NCBI RefSeq assembly: GCF_006345805.1
Contig: NC_043000.1
Location: 117,986,001-118,050,000 of the forward strand
DNA length: 64,000 nt
Direction: 5' to 3'
From: Octopus sinensis
Taxonomy: Eukaryota
Each line of letters starts with the position of its first letter. The first letter of the stretch is position 1. Position numbers and translations under genes: made by a program. The notes under the pieces were generated by a model that did no database searches, was not told the origin of the DNA, and was given only the letters and a program-made list of their open reading frames with translations. Positions 27,005 through 39,200 of the stretch are shown one piece after another.

Positions 27005-27146
27005 GGACGAATGTTGCTGTAATTTAGCCCCAGGAGACATTGTCTCCAGCTGGCTATACGACACGATCTGCGTCCTTATATTTTCGAACAAGGGAATCCA
27101 GCTGGAGACGATGTCTCTTGGGGCTAAATTACGGCAACATTCGTCC
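27005..27146. repeat. Fold-back inverted repeat, 49-bp arms and 44-nt loop
   Basis: ggacgaatgttgctgtaatttagccccaggagacattgtctccagctgg / ccagctggagacgatgtctcttggggctaaattacggcaacattcgtcc. Confidence 0.92.
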
Positions 27147-27339
27147 TAAACCAGGACTGCCATGTTATGTTGGCAAAAATCTTTACTCCATAACTTTCTG
27201 TGTTCATCGTGATTGACTTTACTTCTCATCTCCATCAAGGGTCTACAAGATAACTAGTAGCCAAGTACAGTTTTTGATCCTCAGTCACTTCTTTCCGACA
27301 TTTAAGGGCTTGTGATTATGGAAGATTAAAAATTGTTTC

Positions 27340-28293
27340 TAATTTAAGGATAAGCCCTAGTTTTTAATGGACGGGGGGTAGTCGAATAAATCAACCTTGG
27401 CACTTGACTATTAGTTTCTTTTATCATGCCTGGAAGGATAAAAGATAGAGTAGACCTCGGCGTGATTTGAACTCAGAATTTAAAGAGCGAAATTCAATTT
27501 CTACAAAGTATTCTATCCGATGCTCTAACAAATTTACAGCTTTGTCACCTTAATGATAATTATAATTCTTCCTTCTAAAAGCACAAGGCCTCAAATTTTG
27601 GGGTGGGTGAAAGTCGATTACATCAACCCCAGTACTCAACTGGTACTTATTTCGTCGACCCGGAAAGGATGAAAGGCAAAGTCGACCTCGGTGGAATTTG
27701 AACTCAGAACATAAAGGCTGTCAAAACGCCGCTAAGCATTTTGTCCGGCGTGCTATCGATTCTGCTAGTTCACCGCCTTCAGTGGTAGTTTGAAATTTTT
27801 TGACACACGACCAGCAATTTTATGGGAATGGGCTAATCGATTTCAGCGACCAGTGTTCAACTGATAATTGTTTTATAGACCCCCCCCCACCCAAAAGAAT
27901 GAAAGGCAAAGTCGAACTAGGCGTAATTTGAACTTATTGTGTCCGAAAAAATACCCCTACGCAGTATATCCGACGCAGTAACGATTCTTATTTCTTTATT
28001 GCCCACAAGGGGCCAAACATAGAGGGGACAAACAAAGACATTAAGTCGATTTCATCGACTCCAATGCGTAACTGGTACTTAATTTATCGACCCCTTAAGG
28101 ATGAAGGGCAAAGTCCGACACAGTAACGATTCTTACTTCTTTATTGCCCACAAGGGGCTGGTGATAAACAAGGACAGACAAAGGGATTAAGTCGATTACA
28201 TGGACCCCAGTGCGTAACCGGTACTTAATTTATCGACCCCCAAAAAGATGAAAGGCAAAGTCCGACGCAGTAACGATTCTTTCGACTCGCTAC
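27340..28293 (-). mobile_element. Head-to-tail cluster of SINE A copies (three older tail2-type copies, the last carrying two nested tail1 inserts)
   Basis: Cores at ~27430, ~27660 and ~27895. Inserts 27989-28113 and 28134-28260 are bounded by a triplicated 20-mer. Confidence 0.88.
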
Positions 28294-28548
28294 TTTTATA
28301 AAAGCAATAAAAATTAATTAATGATTTTAATAGTTTTACAGTCATGAATACGCAGTCAGCTGATTAGAAATTTATTATTTAACAGATGCTTATAAACGAA
28401 GGGTTAATAATCGTTTTCACTCTATTATCTAGCATATAGTAACTAACAATATCATTTACTCTTAGTCTTTTCTATCTACAAAACCTACTTTTTCAAGCAT
28501 CCATGTTTCATGTTTGCTCGTTATCCACACGCTTCTAATCATTCTCAG

Positions 28549-28584
28549 GCGGTGAAGTTACGAACTGGTGAGGGAATGAATAAG
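28549..28584 (+). CDS. Candidate 36-nt phase-0 exon (AVKLRTGEGMNK) of an unidentified host gene
   Basis: Acceptor ..gcttctaatcattctcag| and consensus donor AAG|gtgagt. Length is a multiple of 3, only one frame is open, and it lies in non-repetitive sequence. Confidence 0.45.
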
Positions 28585-29015
28585 GTGAGTGACAAAAGCA
28601 CAATAGTTATTTTTCGGGGGGAAATGTTTCTAACAAGAAAGCAAAGAGAACCAAATCAAAATTTATCTATGACCGCCAGTAACCGCCTCTTTTCTTTTCC
28701 CTTTTGATCTTTCGACTCCTGTTAAAAATGTCGCCACAGCTTTAACAATCGATCGACCATCTCAATTTATATCACAAGAATATGTGTTTGGTGAATTCCT
28801 TTCCTTGTCTTGTTAGTAAAAGCAGCTGCTGCTCGTGTAAGATTTGTGTTTCAGAGAGACAGACTAAGTTTTATACATGAAGTGAGTCCATAGATTGAGC
28901 GATCATTCCTGACAGCACGCTATCTGACTTATTTCAGGAACGCAATGTCTTTGCATTCTGTAGCAGAAAAATCCTTCTCTGATGTCACTGATATGACGAA
29001 GAAGGCGGGAAGCGA

Positions 29016-29046
<31 letters not shown>

Positions 29047-29536
29047 AGCTGTTGTTGACGTGAGTGTGCGTGTGTGCGCCGCGTATGTGTGTTTGCGCCG
29101 GTGTTTGTGTATGTGTGTGTTTATTCGTATGAGTGTGCGGTCTCACGTTCTATTATGGAAAAATGAACATTTTCTTTTCTCGCATCATACTGGAGTTCTT
29201 GACATACTAAGGAGGATATTTAAAGTGTCTGAAAAGTCTTTCTTATATCAAGTTATCTGATCAGATCCTCTCTAGAAATGTCGGTGAGACCGTTAATGAG
29301 GAATGTCTTTGCGAGTGTGTGTGTGTATGTGTGTGTGTGTGTGTGTGCCGTGTGCTTACTACTAAGTGAAGAAAACGTGAAATATTAAGTCCAACACTTG
29401 ATAATCTAAGCAATTACCTTGCTAAAGGGCTATATCAATGTGAAGTTAATCTTTCTCGATTTAATGCTATTAACGTACTACAAGAACAGTCCAGATGGGC
29501 TGATGCCTTATCAACTGTTATATATGATTATCTGAA

Positions 29537-29755
29537 AGGTGGCGAGCTGGCAGAAACGTTAGCACGCCGGGTGAAATGCGTAGCCGTATTTCGTCTGCCG
29601 TTACGTTCTGAGTTCAAATTCAAGGTCGACTTTGCCTTTCATCCTTTCGAGGTCGATCAATTAAGTACCAGTTACGCACTGGGGTCGATTTAATTCGTTT
29701 TTCTGTCCTTGTTTGTCTCCTCTATGTTTAGACCCTTGTGGGTAATAAAGAAACC
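29537..29755 (+). mobile_element. SINE A monomer with 16-bp TSD
   Basis: tatatgattatctgaa (29521-29536) / tatatgactatctgaa (29756-29771). Confidence 0.92.
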
Positions 29756-29762
29756 TATATGA

Positions 29763-30470
29763 CTATCTGAATTATCCGGCGTTGCCCGGTTTACTGCTGT
29801 TCTTATTGAGATTAGTAAATAATAAATACGAAGAAATTTTTTTTCTTATAAGTATTTCAAAATATCTATATTTTATTTAAAAATTCCAAATTGTAACGAT
29901 AATAGAATTTAGAACTGAAAATCTGTAATTTAAAATCTGTCAATCTTGAAGCACCTCAGGGTAAACAATATTCATTGTGAAATCTTTTTAGTGGTGTCCA
30001 ACTTGTGGTCAACCAACATAGAGTTGGCCGTAGGAGAAGTATGTAGTAGAGAGAGGAAATCGAACTACTTTGAAGAATTGACCGTGAGATTTGTTAATTT
30101 GAAATACCAAAACTTTGTTTTACTGGAAACTGACGTGTCTTAAATTGAAATGGAACATCTGTAGGCACGAGAGGAAATTTTGGAAAACATTTTCTTCTTT
30201 GTGACTACTTGTTATGATAGTTGCCTGTAGAACTTGGGGCTTCATGGAATTAACATTTAAGTGGGTTCCATTACACATGCAAGGTGGGTTAAGATTCTTA
30301 AGCAACATGATGGGACACATCCAGCTTTAGTGTCAAGTTATGCGGTGGCATCCTAGTGGGTATAAACGTGCTCAGAAATTCAACAGGGTATTGAACAGCC
30401 TAATCTTGAATCAACTGTTGTGTGAATGGATGGAGAAGTTATTTCTGATATCTGTTAATCTTTGAAGTTC
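29763..30470 (-). mobile_element. Helitron remnant: PIF1-like helicase C-terminal fragment plus 3' hairpin
   Basis: Minus translation AVQYPVEFLSTFIPTRMPPHNLTLKL..CPIMLLKNLNPPCMCNGTHL and INKSHGQ..FSYGQLYVG. Hairpin ccgggcaacgccgg at 29776-29789. Confidence 0.88.
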
Positions 30471-30477
30471 ATGATTG

Positions 30478-30630
30478 AGTACACCGTGCACCTGTTCAGG
30501 CAACGTCGATTTTTTTTTTTGATGGAAGGTGTGAGCTAATGTACAACACATACATTTAATCACTATAAACAAATCATTTGTGCAGGTCGTTCGGCAAAGA
30601 CTGAACGACTCTTCGACGGGAGTGTCCATC
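30478..30630 (+). mobile_element. SINE tail E fragment
   Basis: gtacaccgtgcacctgttcaggcaacgtcgat...cttcgacgggagtgtccatc matches 17530-17682. Confidence 0.85.
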
Positions 30631-30753
30631 ATATATATATACATGTGTGTGTATGGATATTATGAATGTATGTGTGCGTGTGTGCATACACTTACATATA
30701 CAAACATATATTTTTAGACTAGTTACACACAAATAAAACACTCATTGAATATT

Positions 30754-31096
30754 GAGACCCCCTTCGGTCACGACACAGACCATGGGATTGCACCTAGAAA
30801 GTTACCCTCCCAGGCACAAGTCCGGGCAAGGTTGTTTATGGAAGGCCAGCAGTCGCCCATGCATACCGGCCTCTCCTCTCTCCACGCCACCAGTGTTATC
30901 CAAGGGAAAGGCAAAAGGGGCCGATACACTTTGGCACCTGTGACGTCGCAACACATTTCTACAGCTGAGTAAACTGGAGCAATGTGAAATAAAGTGTCTT
31001 GCTCAAGAACACAACACGCAGCTCGGTCTGGGATTCGAACTCACAACCTCACGATCGTAAGCTCGTCGCTCTAACCACTGAGCCATGCGCCTTCAC
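30754..31096 (-). mobile_element. SINE D full-length with 13-bp TSD
   Basis: A-box tggctcagtggtt, B-box gagttcgaatccc. Flanks acactcattgaat / acacttattgaat. Confidence 0.93.
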
Positions 31097-33660
31097 ACAC
31101 TTATTGAATTTTAGTACAAAAGAAACGCACATACAAATATGTATACATGTGTTTGTAGACACAAAATATCACTGGTATGCACGTCACTACAGATATGCAC
31201 TTGATTGACAGATATTGCAAAAGAAACTTGTTGGAATTCTTTGAACATTTGGCAAGCAATATAACCACCAATCCTTGTGATTGAGCGAAATGGCTGCTAC
31301 ATTCTGTCGACAGCAATTGAAAACCTATTTGGTGTATTTGCTAGTATTTCGGAGCTCTGCATTTCCTGCTTTAGGATTTTGGGTCCAACACCGTATCAAT
31401 GTGTCATTAGTTTTTTTTTTCTGTTTCTATTTTTTTAATATTATTGTATGTGTTGGTGAGCCCGCGCATGCGTGTGTGTTTCTAAGAAATTTAGTTATTT
31501 TAGGGTTCTGAATTACTCGCAGGTGACAAAATTTCGAGAAACCAAACCAGAATTGAACTGAATTTCCCTTCATTTCTATTTCTTTTTTTGTCTTGTATTT
31601 ATTTTTTAAAATATTTTTTTTCAAAACGAATTTAATGCAAAGAAAATAATCAGAAAATAATTCAATGGAAACTTGACGTTTTCTCAAGTCCCCTAAATAC
31701 ACTGACTTCAGTACTTTAAAGAATTTACTCGAAAAAAACACAAAAAAAGCAAAAAGAGAAAAAATAGAAATCACCTAATAATACGTAGGTTTGATTAAGA
31801 CCTCTACGTTCCAGATAATTTTCTATTTAGTTTAACTCCCGACTCCTTCAGCTAATATTTTGTATTGTCGCAATAACTCATTAAAATATACGTATCATTT
31901 TTCTTGGTCAACATTATGGACTTTTGATCTCTAGGTCTTGATGAGATGGTCAATCATCTTGTTGATATTAATCTCGTTGTTCTTTGAATTTGCGGTTCAT
32001 CTTGAATTACTTAATTTGTTTCTTCGTGCTATGTTACAAACTGAGAAAGCAATCTTTATTTTTTAGAGGATTTATTTCTATTTTAACAGTTAAAAGTTCT
32101 CTCTGACTATCAATCTTGTTAAAAGAAAAAGTTCTTCTTGGTAGGTTTGGTTAGCATTATTTATCTAAGTGTTAATGGTACTTGTTTTAACAGAACCGTT
32201 ATAATCAGACTTTTCACTGCGATGAAGCTGATAGCGATATTTATCTTATTGGTGGCGGGTATAACCAGCAGCCTTATGCTATGTATCTTCGTCTACTATC
32301 TGCTCACCCCGACTCCGTTGTAATTTGGCAGGTTTTAGCTACAATACAGGCAATTATCTTCTTTTCTAAACTTTTCCAATGATAACTGAAACTGGCATAG
32401 ACGGGTTTAACTGACCATTCTAATTTCCACGAGAACTTGTTTATTTAATTATTTTTTCTTCCCCCATTCACCCATCTTTATTTCCAGATATCGTTCTTGC
32501 CTTATTTCTCTCGCTTTTTATTTTCTTCTGAAGCAATTAAAAAAGGAAGGTTATGCAGCAAAACCTCTTTTAACTATGAAATCACCGAAGATAAAGACGG
32601 ATATTCAATGCTAACCTATTTCTTAAATTGATATACTGTAGAAAATTTTAAGAAACATGTGTAGGTAGCTAGTTCGATAAATTGTTTGATTAAATTATAA
32701 TATAAAGAAATTGTGTCGTGTTGTATTTTATTTATTTTTGGCAATTTTCAGAACCCTTCAAATCTCAGCTTGATGTAGATATTCCCTCGTCTTTTAATAA
32801 CTATTGTTTTTATACTTTTTTAACAAGTTTATTGTGAGTAGTTCGTTGGGTGTAAGTTAAAATTTGAGCAAGTCCTATTTTTGTAGTATCGTCCTGGAAG
32901 ATAATACATTGCATTCAAACAAAGGTTTATCAACCATTTTATAGTTTTGTTGTCTTAAAAAACAGGTCTTGTCGGATTTATATTCGACGTTATCGAGGGA
33001 TCATATTAAAACATATGCTCCGTGGAAGTTGGCTTTGTGCTAAACAAAAACTATAAAGTTTATGAAAATAAGGAAAGATAGCAAAATAGGGGAAACAGTA
33101 TTTTGCGTTCCCAAATTTTTGCTATGAATCAGCACAAAGAAAAAAAATTGTTTTAATAACGTTTATAAATAAAACTAGACTCAAGCTGTGTTTTTTTAAC
33201 ACTATTTTGCTCAATGGATATTGATGACCTGATGAAAATATCGTGGTTTTAGTATCCCACTCTGCTTCAAAGCTTCGTTTTAGTATATAATATATATTTT
33301 TGATACTATCATCAAATACAGAATTAGTCCATAAATCATTAAAAAAGCTTTCCCATTACTAAAATTACTTCTGTTTAATTCTTGTTTATTTAGATGCGGA
33401 TTATATATTTGGTTCACAGGGTGTCATAGTCAATAAAACATTATCCTTTAATTACCCTGAGTAAAAGAAAAAACAAACTGCGTGGCAGCCGCAGCCGTAT
33501 AACCACTTGCACGGATGATCGTCAAGTTACGAAGTGTGCTTTGTAACATGTTTTTAGGTTCGGTGCTGCTGTGCGGGACATTTGACAAGTCCTTCCACTT
33601 ATAGACAGGACGTAATCCATTCGTGTAGATATATATTTGGAGTGCAATATATGGATTCAA

Positions 33661-33920
33661 TGGAGGCGCGTGGCTTAGTGGTTAGGGTGTCAACATCATG
33701 ATCGTAAGGTTGTGGTTTCGGTTCCTGGACCGGGCGACGCGTTGTGTTCTTGAGCAAAACACTGCATTTCACGTTGCTCCAGTCCACTCAGCTGGCAAAA
33801 ATGAGTAACGCTGCGATGGACTGGCGTCCCGTCCAGCTGGAGAATACATACGCCATAGAAACCGGGGAACCGGTCCCATGAGTCTGGCTAGGCTTTAAAA
33901 GGGGGCATTTATTTTTTTTT
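33661..33920 (+). mobile_element. tRNA-derived SINE (D-type head, third tail type)
   Basis: tggaggcgcgtggcttagtggttagggtg...ttgagcaaaacactgcatttcacgttgctccagtccactcagctgg. Flanked by atggattca on both sides. Confidence 0.85.
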
Positions 33921-34049
33921 AGATGGATTCATAGAATTCTGTGGCTATCACAGAAAGTTCCTCGAGTGGACACGACTATCCTACCACATGATTTGTAAAC
34001 CATGTGGTTGGTAAGCAAGCTACTTACGACACAGCCACTCTTGTGCCTA

Positions 34050-34200
34050 TGAAGAGTACAGCAGTATTTGCCACCATCCCCTGCCGGAGACTCGTGGAGC
34101 TTTAGGTGTTTTTGCTGAATAAACACTCACAAGGAATTGAAACCGCGATCCTGCGGCCGCGAGTTCGCTGCCCTAACCACTAGGCCATTGCGCCTCCACA
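34050..34200 (-). mobile_element. SINE C head
   Basis: Matches 44390-44549 (gctgccctaaccactaggccattgcgcctccac). Confidence 0.85.
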
Positions 34201-34459
34201 GTCCACTGCCCTAAATGTTGATTTTTTTTCCCTGTTGAATACTTGTTGGTAAGGTCTGATTTGGAAGAAGCAACGACAAGGGAAGCTCTCTGTCTCTTGT
34301 ATGCTTGTAGGTTAGATGGTAGCAGCAGTTACTGTTTTTTAAAATTGTTTTTGTACACTTTTATTGGGTGTTTCTCTCTGTTTCCAACCCATTTCTAGTA
34401 CAATGTGTTATGCTAATGATGTTATTGCAACTGCTACTAATTTTGCTGTGCTGTTGCTA

Positions 34460-34980
34460 CTGTTGAGCTTTAAGTCTATTATAAAAATTGACCCACCAGA
34501 TTTCCTCGCGAAAGAAGGTAAGAATTGTTTTCTCGTTGTAGTAGCAATTGCGAAAGAGGTGATATGGAAGAGGAGAATGAAAGGTTTACGGTCAGGCAAG
34601 TTCATCTCCGGCCCTGGTTTGATGAATTACTTCATCTTTCACCTGAAAAGGAAGATAGGGCTGGAGAGAAAATGCCTGACTAAGAGAGTATATGAAGAAC
34701 GATGGAAAGATGTAGCACGAAAGTTGCGAGTGGGTGATACCACATAAATGTAAAACTAGACGAAACCAAAGTATCAGTGGGGAGGCGGGGCTCGTGGGGC
34801 CCGAGCTAAACCCGCTCCCACTCCATCCGTAATGTCTTCCGGTCTGTTCCCCATTCGATTTTATATTTGTATTTCATTGAATTTTTAAACTCATTTTTGT
34901 GTAACCCCATTCGTATATCTGACCCCACATCAGATTGTATTGTCCCCTCTATGTTCGCCCCTTGTGAGCAATAATAAAAC
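34460..34980 (+). mobile_element. L1/Tx1-like LINE 3' end (ORF2 C-terminus plus 3' UTR)
   Basis: Peptide LSFKSIIKIDPP..EGKNCFLVVVAIAKEVIWKRRMKGL..FISGPGLMNYFIFHLKRK..ER aligns by eye with the minus-strand element at 49095-49770, which carries a CCHC knuckle. Confidence 0.75.
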
Positions 34981-35391
34981 AATTCCATCTATGACCATGC
35001 ATATTAGTGCACACCTGTAAAATGAATTTTTATATACTCAAATTATTGGCTTCAAATTTTGGCTCAAGGCCAGAAAGTCCGGGAGAGATTTAAGTCGATT
35101 ATATCGACCGCACGGGCTCAACTGGTGCTTATTTTATCGATCTCGAAAGGATGAAAGGAAAAGTCGACTTCCGTGGAATTACACTGAAATTATTATTACA
35201 TGATGAAGGCTGCGAAACGGCTATAATGCTACAGATATCAAGTTATTTTATTATTAAATGCTACAGATATCAAGTGGTTAAATAAATATATTAAACGACT
35301 CTCATACCTCCTGACAATAATAAATCATTATTATGAGATTATTGAAGAGATTCAAGCAACATACCGCGGTTTCGTCAGACTATTCATTGCT

Positions 35392-35423
<32 letters not shown>

Positions 35424-35887
35424 TACTTGGAAATGGTCGCATTCAGTTGAATAATATGTAATATTCATATATATATTACATATTATTCAGTATATTATAC
35501 CTCTTTCATGGTCGTGATTGACCTTATATCACCATTCACACCTATAGAAAATATACAAATGAATATAGATCCGCACCCTTCCATATCTATAAAAGTGCCT
35601 TAATTTAATAAACAGAATAATCTTCCTAGCGCTTCATGGTTGATTAAAACATCTGCTCTACCACAGAGAGCAAACACTCTCATTATATATCACAGACAAT
35701 AAATGTACCCGGCAGGTTGCAATAAATGGCATTCAGTAAGGAAGCAATCATCGTTGGTTGATACGGATTCGGAGAAAGAAAAGGTAGATAAATACAATAA
35801 AATTTTTAAATCACAAAGAATGAAAAAGGAACGGAAAAAATATAAAATGTAAATAAGAAAAACAGGTTTATCGATAAGATTTACTTT

Positions 35888-36215
35888 TTACGTTCTGAGT
35901 TCAAATTCCGCCGGGGTCGACTTTACCTTTAATCATTTCGGGGTCGATTAAATAAGTACCAGTTACGCACTGGGGTCGATGTAATCGACTTAATCCGTTT
36001 ATCTGTCCTTGTTTGTCCACTCTGTGTGTAGCCCCTTGTGGGTAGTAAAGAAATAGATATTTTGCCCGTCGCTATGTTCTGAGTTCAAATTCTGCCGAGG
36101 TTGACTTTGCCGTTCTTCCTTTCGGGTTCGATAAATTAAGTACCAGTTGCGTACTGGGGTCGATCTAATCGACTGGCCCTCTTCCAAAAATTTCGGCCTT
36201 GTGCTTATTGTAGAT
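35888..36215 (+). mobile_element. SINE A dimer (tail1 then tail2)
   Basis: Junction aaagaaata|gatattttgcccgtc at ~36057. Confidence 0.9.
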
Positions 36216-36307
36216 TATATGTTGTGTCCATAATACAAAATTTTATTTAGTAGATGTAAAGAATGTGTGACTTAGTATTCAAATTTTACACGCTGCTGTA
36301 TAATCAT

Positions 36308-36565
36308 GGGAAGGTGGGTGACCCAGTGCTTAGGCCGCTGTATTCCCGATCGCAAGATCGTGGTTTCGAATTTTGCACTGGACGCGTCCTTGTATTTTTG
36401 AGCAAAGGCATTTATTTTACGTTACCCCAATTCACTCAACTGTAACTGAATAAGTCTGCGAGGGACTGGCGACTTGTTGCGAGCGTAATGTTGTGATCTC
36501 GGTTACGTATACTGGCAACTGGCCCTATGAGCCCTAGACCTCGAGAGAGTAATGTCCTGGGTTGA
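36308..36565 (+). mobile_element. Decayed D-type SINE
   Basis: gtggtttcgaatt..ttgtatttttgagcaaaggcatttattttacgttaccccaattcactcaactg. Confidence 0.65.
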
Positions 36566-38707
36566 TGATGATGATGATGATGATGATGATGACGATGACG
36601 ATGACGACGACATGTAATCATTCATAAACAGCTCAAACACAGAATAAGAAGCAAATGTAAATTGCAAGTGTTCCCACTACTCCCCGTCTATGCCACAAAA
36701 CGAAAGGAAGCATTTTTTTTTTCTCATCAGATGTTTAACGATTTCAATATGTTCAATGATAGCAAAATGGATTCCTTCCAGTTTAGAAATGAATTTTGTT
36801 TGCTTTATTTATAATTATTCATTCATTCATTTATTAAGTCTACTTTCTTTCAAATTATTTTTTTGTTTTTATACATTTTCAAGTTTATAACTGAGATGCC
36901 ATATCGCACAAAGTGCACAAATATAATTTCGCACTTATTGTTCTGATTTGTAAAGGTTATTAAAGTATAAAGGTTATTAAAACCTAAAGAATTTGTATGT
37001 CCTGTCAGAAATAATGTATAAACATTAATCTACCTTATACAATTTCTTTTATATAAGTTCCGTTAAATTTAATACAACAAAAATGTTGGTTTACTACATT
37101 CTTACCACGCTAAATTACTTTAATTGGTTGAAGATTAACGTTCGGAATTAATTGCCAGTCACTAAATTGCAAAATAACACTAATCTCTGTGAAACAAACT
37201 CTAATGCTACCCCTGTTTCCAGTAGGCATTATTCCCACCTCTGTCAACAAATACTCTAAATTAATAATTTTGTTTTTCTCACTGACATTTAAACCTGGGT
37301 TTTTTATGTTTAGCTTTTGTTTTCATTAATAGATAACGTTTGATTGCATTTCTCTGGTGAAACATGTTTAGTTTATATCAGTGGCTTTTATCTCTTCAAC
37401 CAAATTTGTTATGATGCCAACGATTGATGTCGAAGTAACCTGCCGTCTTAATTCAGGGCAACAGAATCAATATCTTTCTTATCTTCGGTGTTGCTAAGGA
37501 TACAGGGTACGATACCCATTTACCAGTCAATGCCTTATCGTTTACAAATAATAAACACGCTTTAGAGGAAAGTTCTTGTCGCTATAGAAATCATATCATT
37601 CCGAACAAAGTTTACCACGTTGGAGAACTGATTATGCATCACATCAAAAGATATTTATATATTTTCTATTCTAAAGATTAGAATTACTTTCTCTCCAAAC
37701 ATTTTACATCATATTATCGAAGTTTCTTTTTGGGTGCGAAGTGTAGCTGCAAAATATTTATATAGTATTGAAACAAATCCCTTCCGAGTACACTAAATGG
37801 TTATCTTGTATATTTGCGTAACTTGACAAAAATAGATCAAACTTTTATATACAAACTTGTGTGTATATGTATGTTATTGTGTATGAATGCAATATTGCGG
37901 TTACATCTGTTGTCCCTCCAACCGACCATGCCCTTATACCGTTACATATTTTCCACCTTCCCTTTAATCTGTCATCGTAAATATATGTCTATTTGTCGTT
38001 GCATGTATTGTACCTGTTTATCTTTTTTACTCTCCCTGCTTTAACTTGTCACCTTAACGCCAACTCTTTTCGTGATTGCAGAGAAGGTTACCACATTTGG
38101 TTCCTTCTATACTGATCACCTGATTCCCCACCACACTACCCTTTTTTTTTGCGATACCTTTTCGCACCTGATTTAACCCACAACCTCAGGTACTTTTCTT
38201 TCATTTATTCACTCTTAGACAATGAGCAATGATACACCATAGCTCACAACCTAATGGCAAATAACCATTAGAGTCTCCCAAAAATTATAAAGAGTGATTT
38301 TTGCTGTGGCAGACAATCATCAGTTCCCACGGATTTCAGATTTTAAAATGTTGAAATGATATTTCACTGCCGATATTGGAATTTTTATAGAAAATCGCTG
38401 TTAAAATGTTAATAACTCAGTGGACCGCTGGTTAAAATCTGAGCAACTCACCATTGCCTATCTGTATGAAATGGTTGACCTCTTTTGATCCTTGTTTATT
38501 TTTATATGACTTTATCCCAAACAAGGCTTGAGGCCACTGTAAATGTTGTAATCCAACGTCGGACTGTTATAACGTCCACTCCAGTATAGCAGTATAGTTA
38601 GTTAGACAAGTGAAGACACGACTATCTATGGCTGACTTCGCTGACTTCTCGACGACTCGGACTTCCTATGTCACAGTATTTGTAACGACTATCACAATGA
38701 GCTGTTC

Positions 38708-38766
<59 letters not shown>

Positions 38767-39200
38767 CCATAACAGTAATATAACAGACTACAAAGAAGGA
38801 AAAGAAGGGGCCTACAAGTTCGAAAGATGTCGATTGACAGAAAGCTTAAAGGGCTGAATATTATAGAACAGCGGAAAACGAAGCGATGTAAGTAAATTCC
38901 AGAGGGCAGCAGTTCGGGGAATAGAGCTATTACAATAAAAGGACTTATGACTAACAGGATGTGCTTGAAAAGAGAAGACCAAAATGTTCATTAGGGCAAG
39001 ACCTTGGAAATACTTATTAAAATGACACAAAGAATATGTATTTCGACCCTGAGCCAAGGACTCCAACCTAATAGAAAGAAGAGGACTCACTATGTTAACA
39101 ACTCAATTCTAAATTCGACCAAGAATATTAAAACATTCAGAGCAGGCACCAGCGCAAAGGTGACAATAATATTCAATGCAAGATTTTATTAGAGTAAAAA
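38708..39200 (-). mobile_element. CR1-group LINE 3' end with (AAT)n tail
   Basis: IKSCIEYYCHLCAGA..ILGRI, LESLAQGRN..SLCHFNKYFQG and NSSIPRTAALWNLL..FP..YNIQPFKLSVNRHL, followed by a short UTR and (AAT)n. Confidence 0.8.

Noticed and set aside
27969-28280. CRISPR-like repeat-spacer-repeat pattern
   Set aside because: The spacers are ~125-bp homologous SINE copies, the context is eukaryotic, and there are no cas genes.
31030-31096. tRNA genes at the SINE heads (also 33661, 44480, 23185)
   Set aside because: A and B boxes are present, but there is no complete acceptor stem and each continues into a SINE body.
31790-31830. Minus-strand tggaacgtagaggtcttaat resembling the LINE endonuclease motif WNVRGLN
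   Set aside because: It needs a frameshift, and no further endonuclease motifs could be read.
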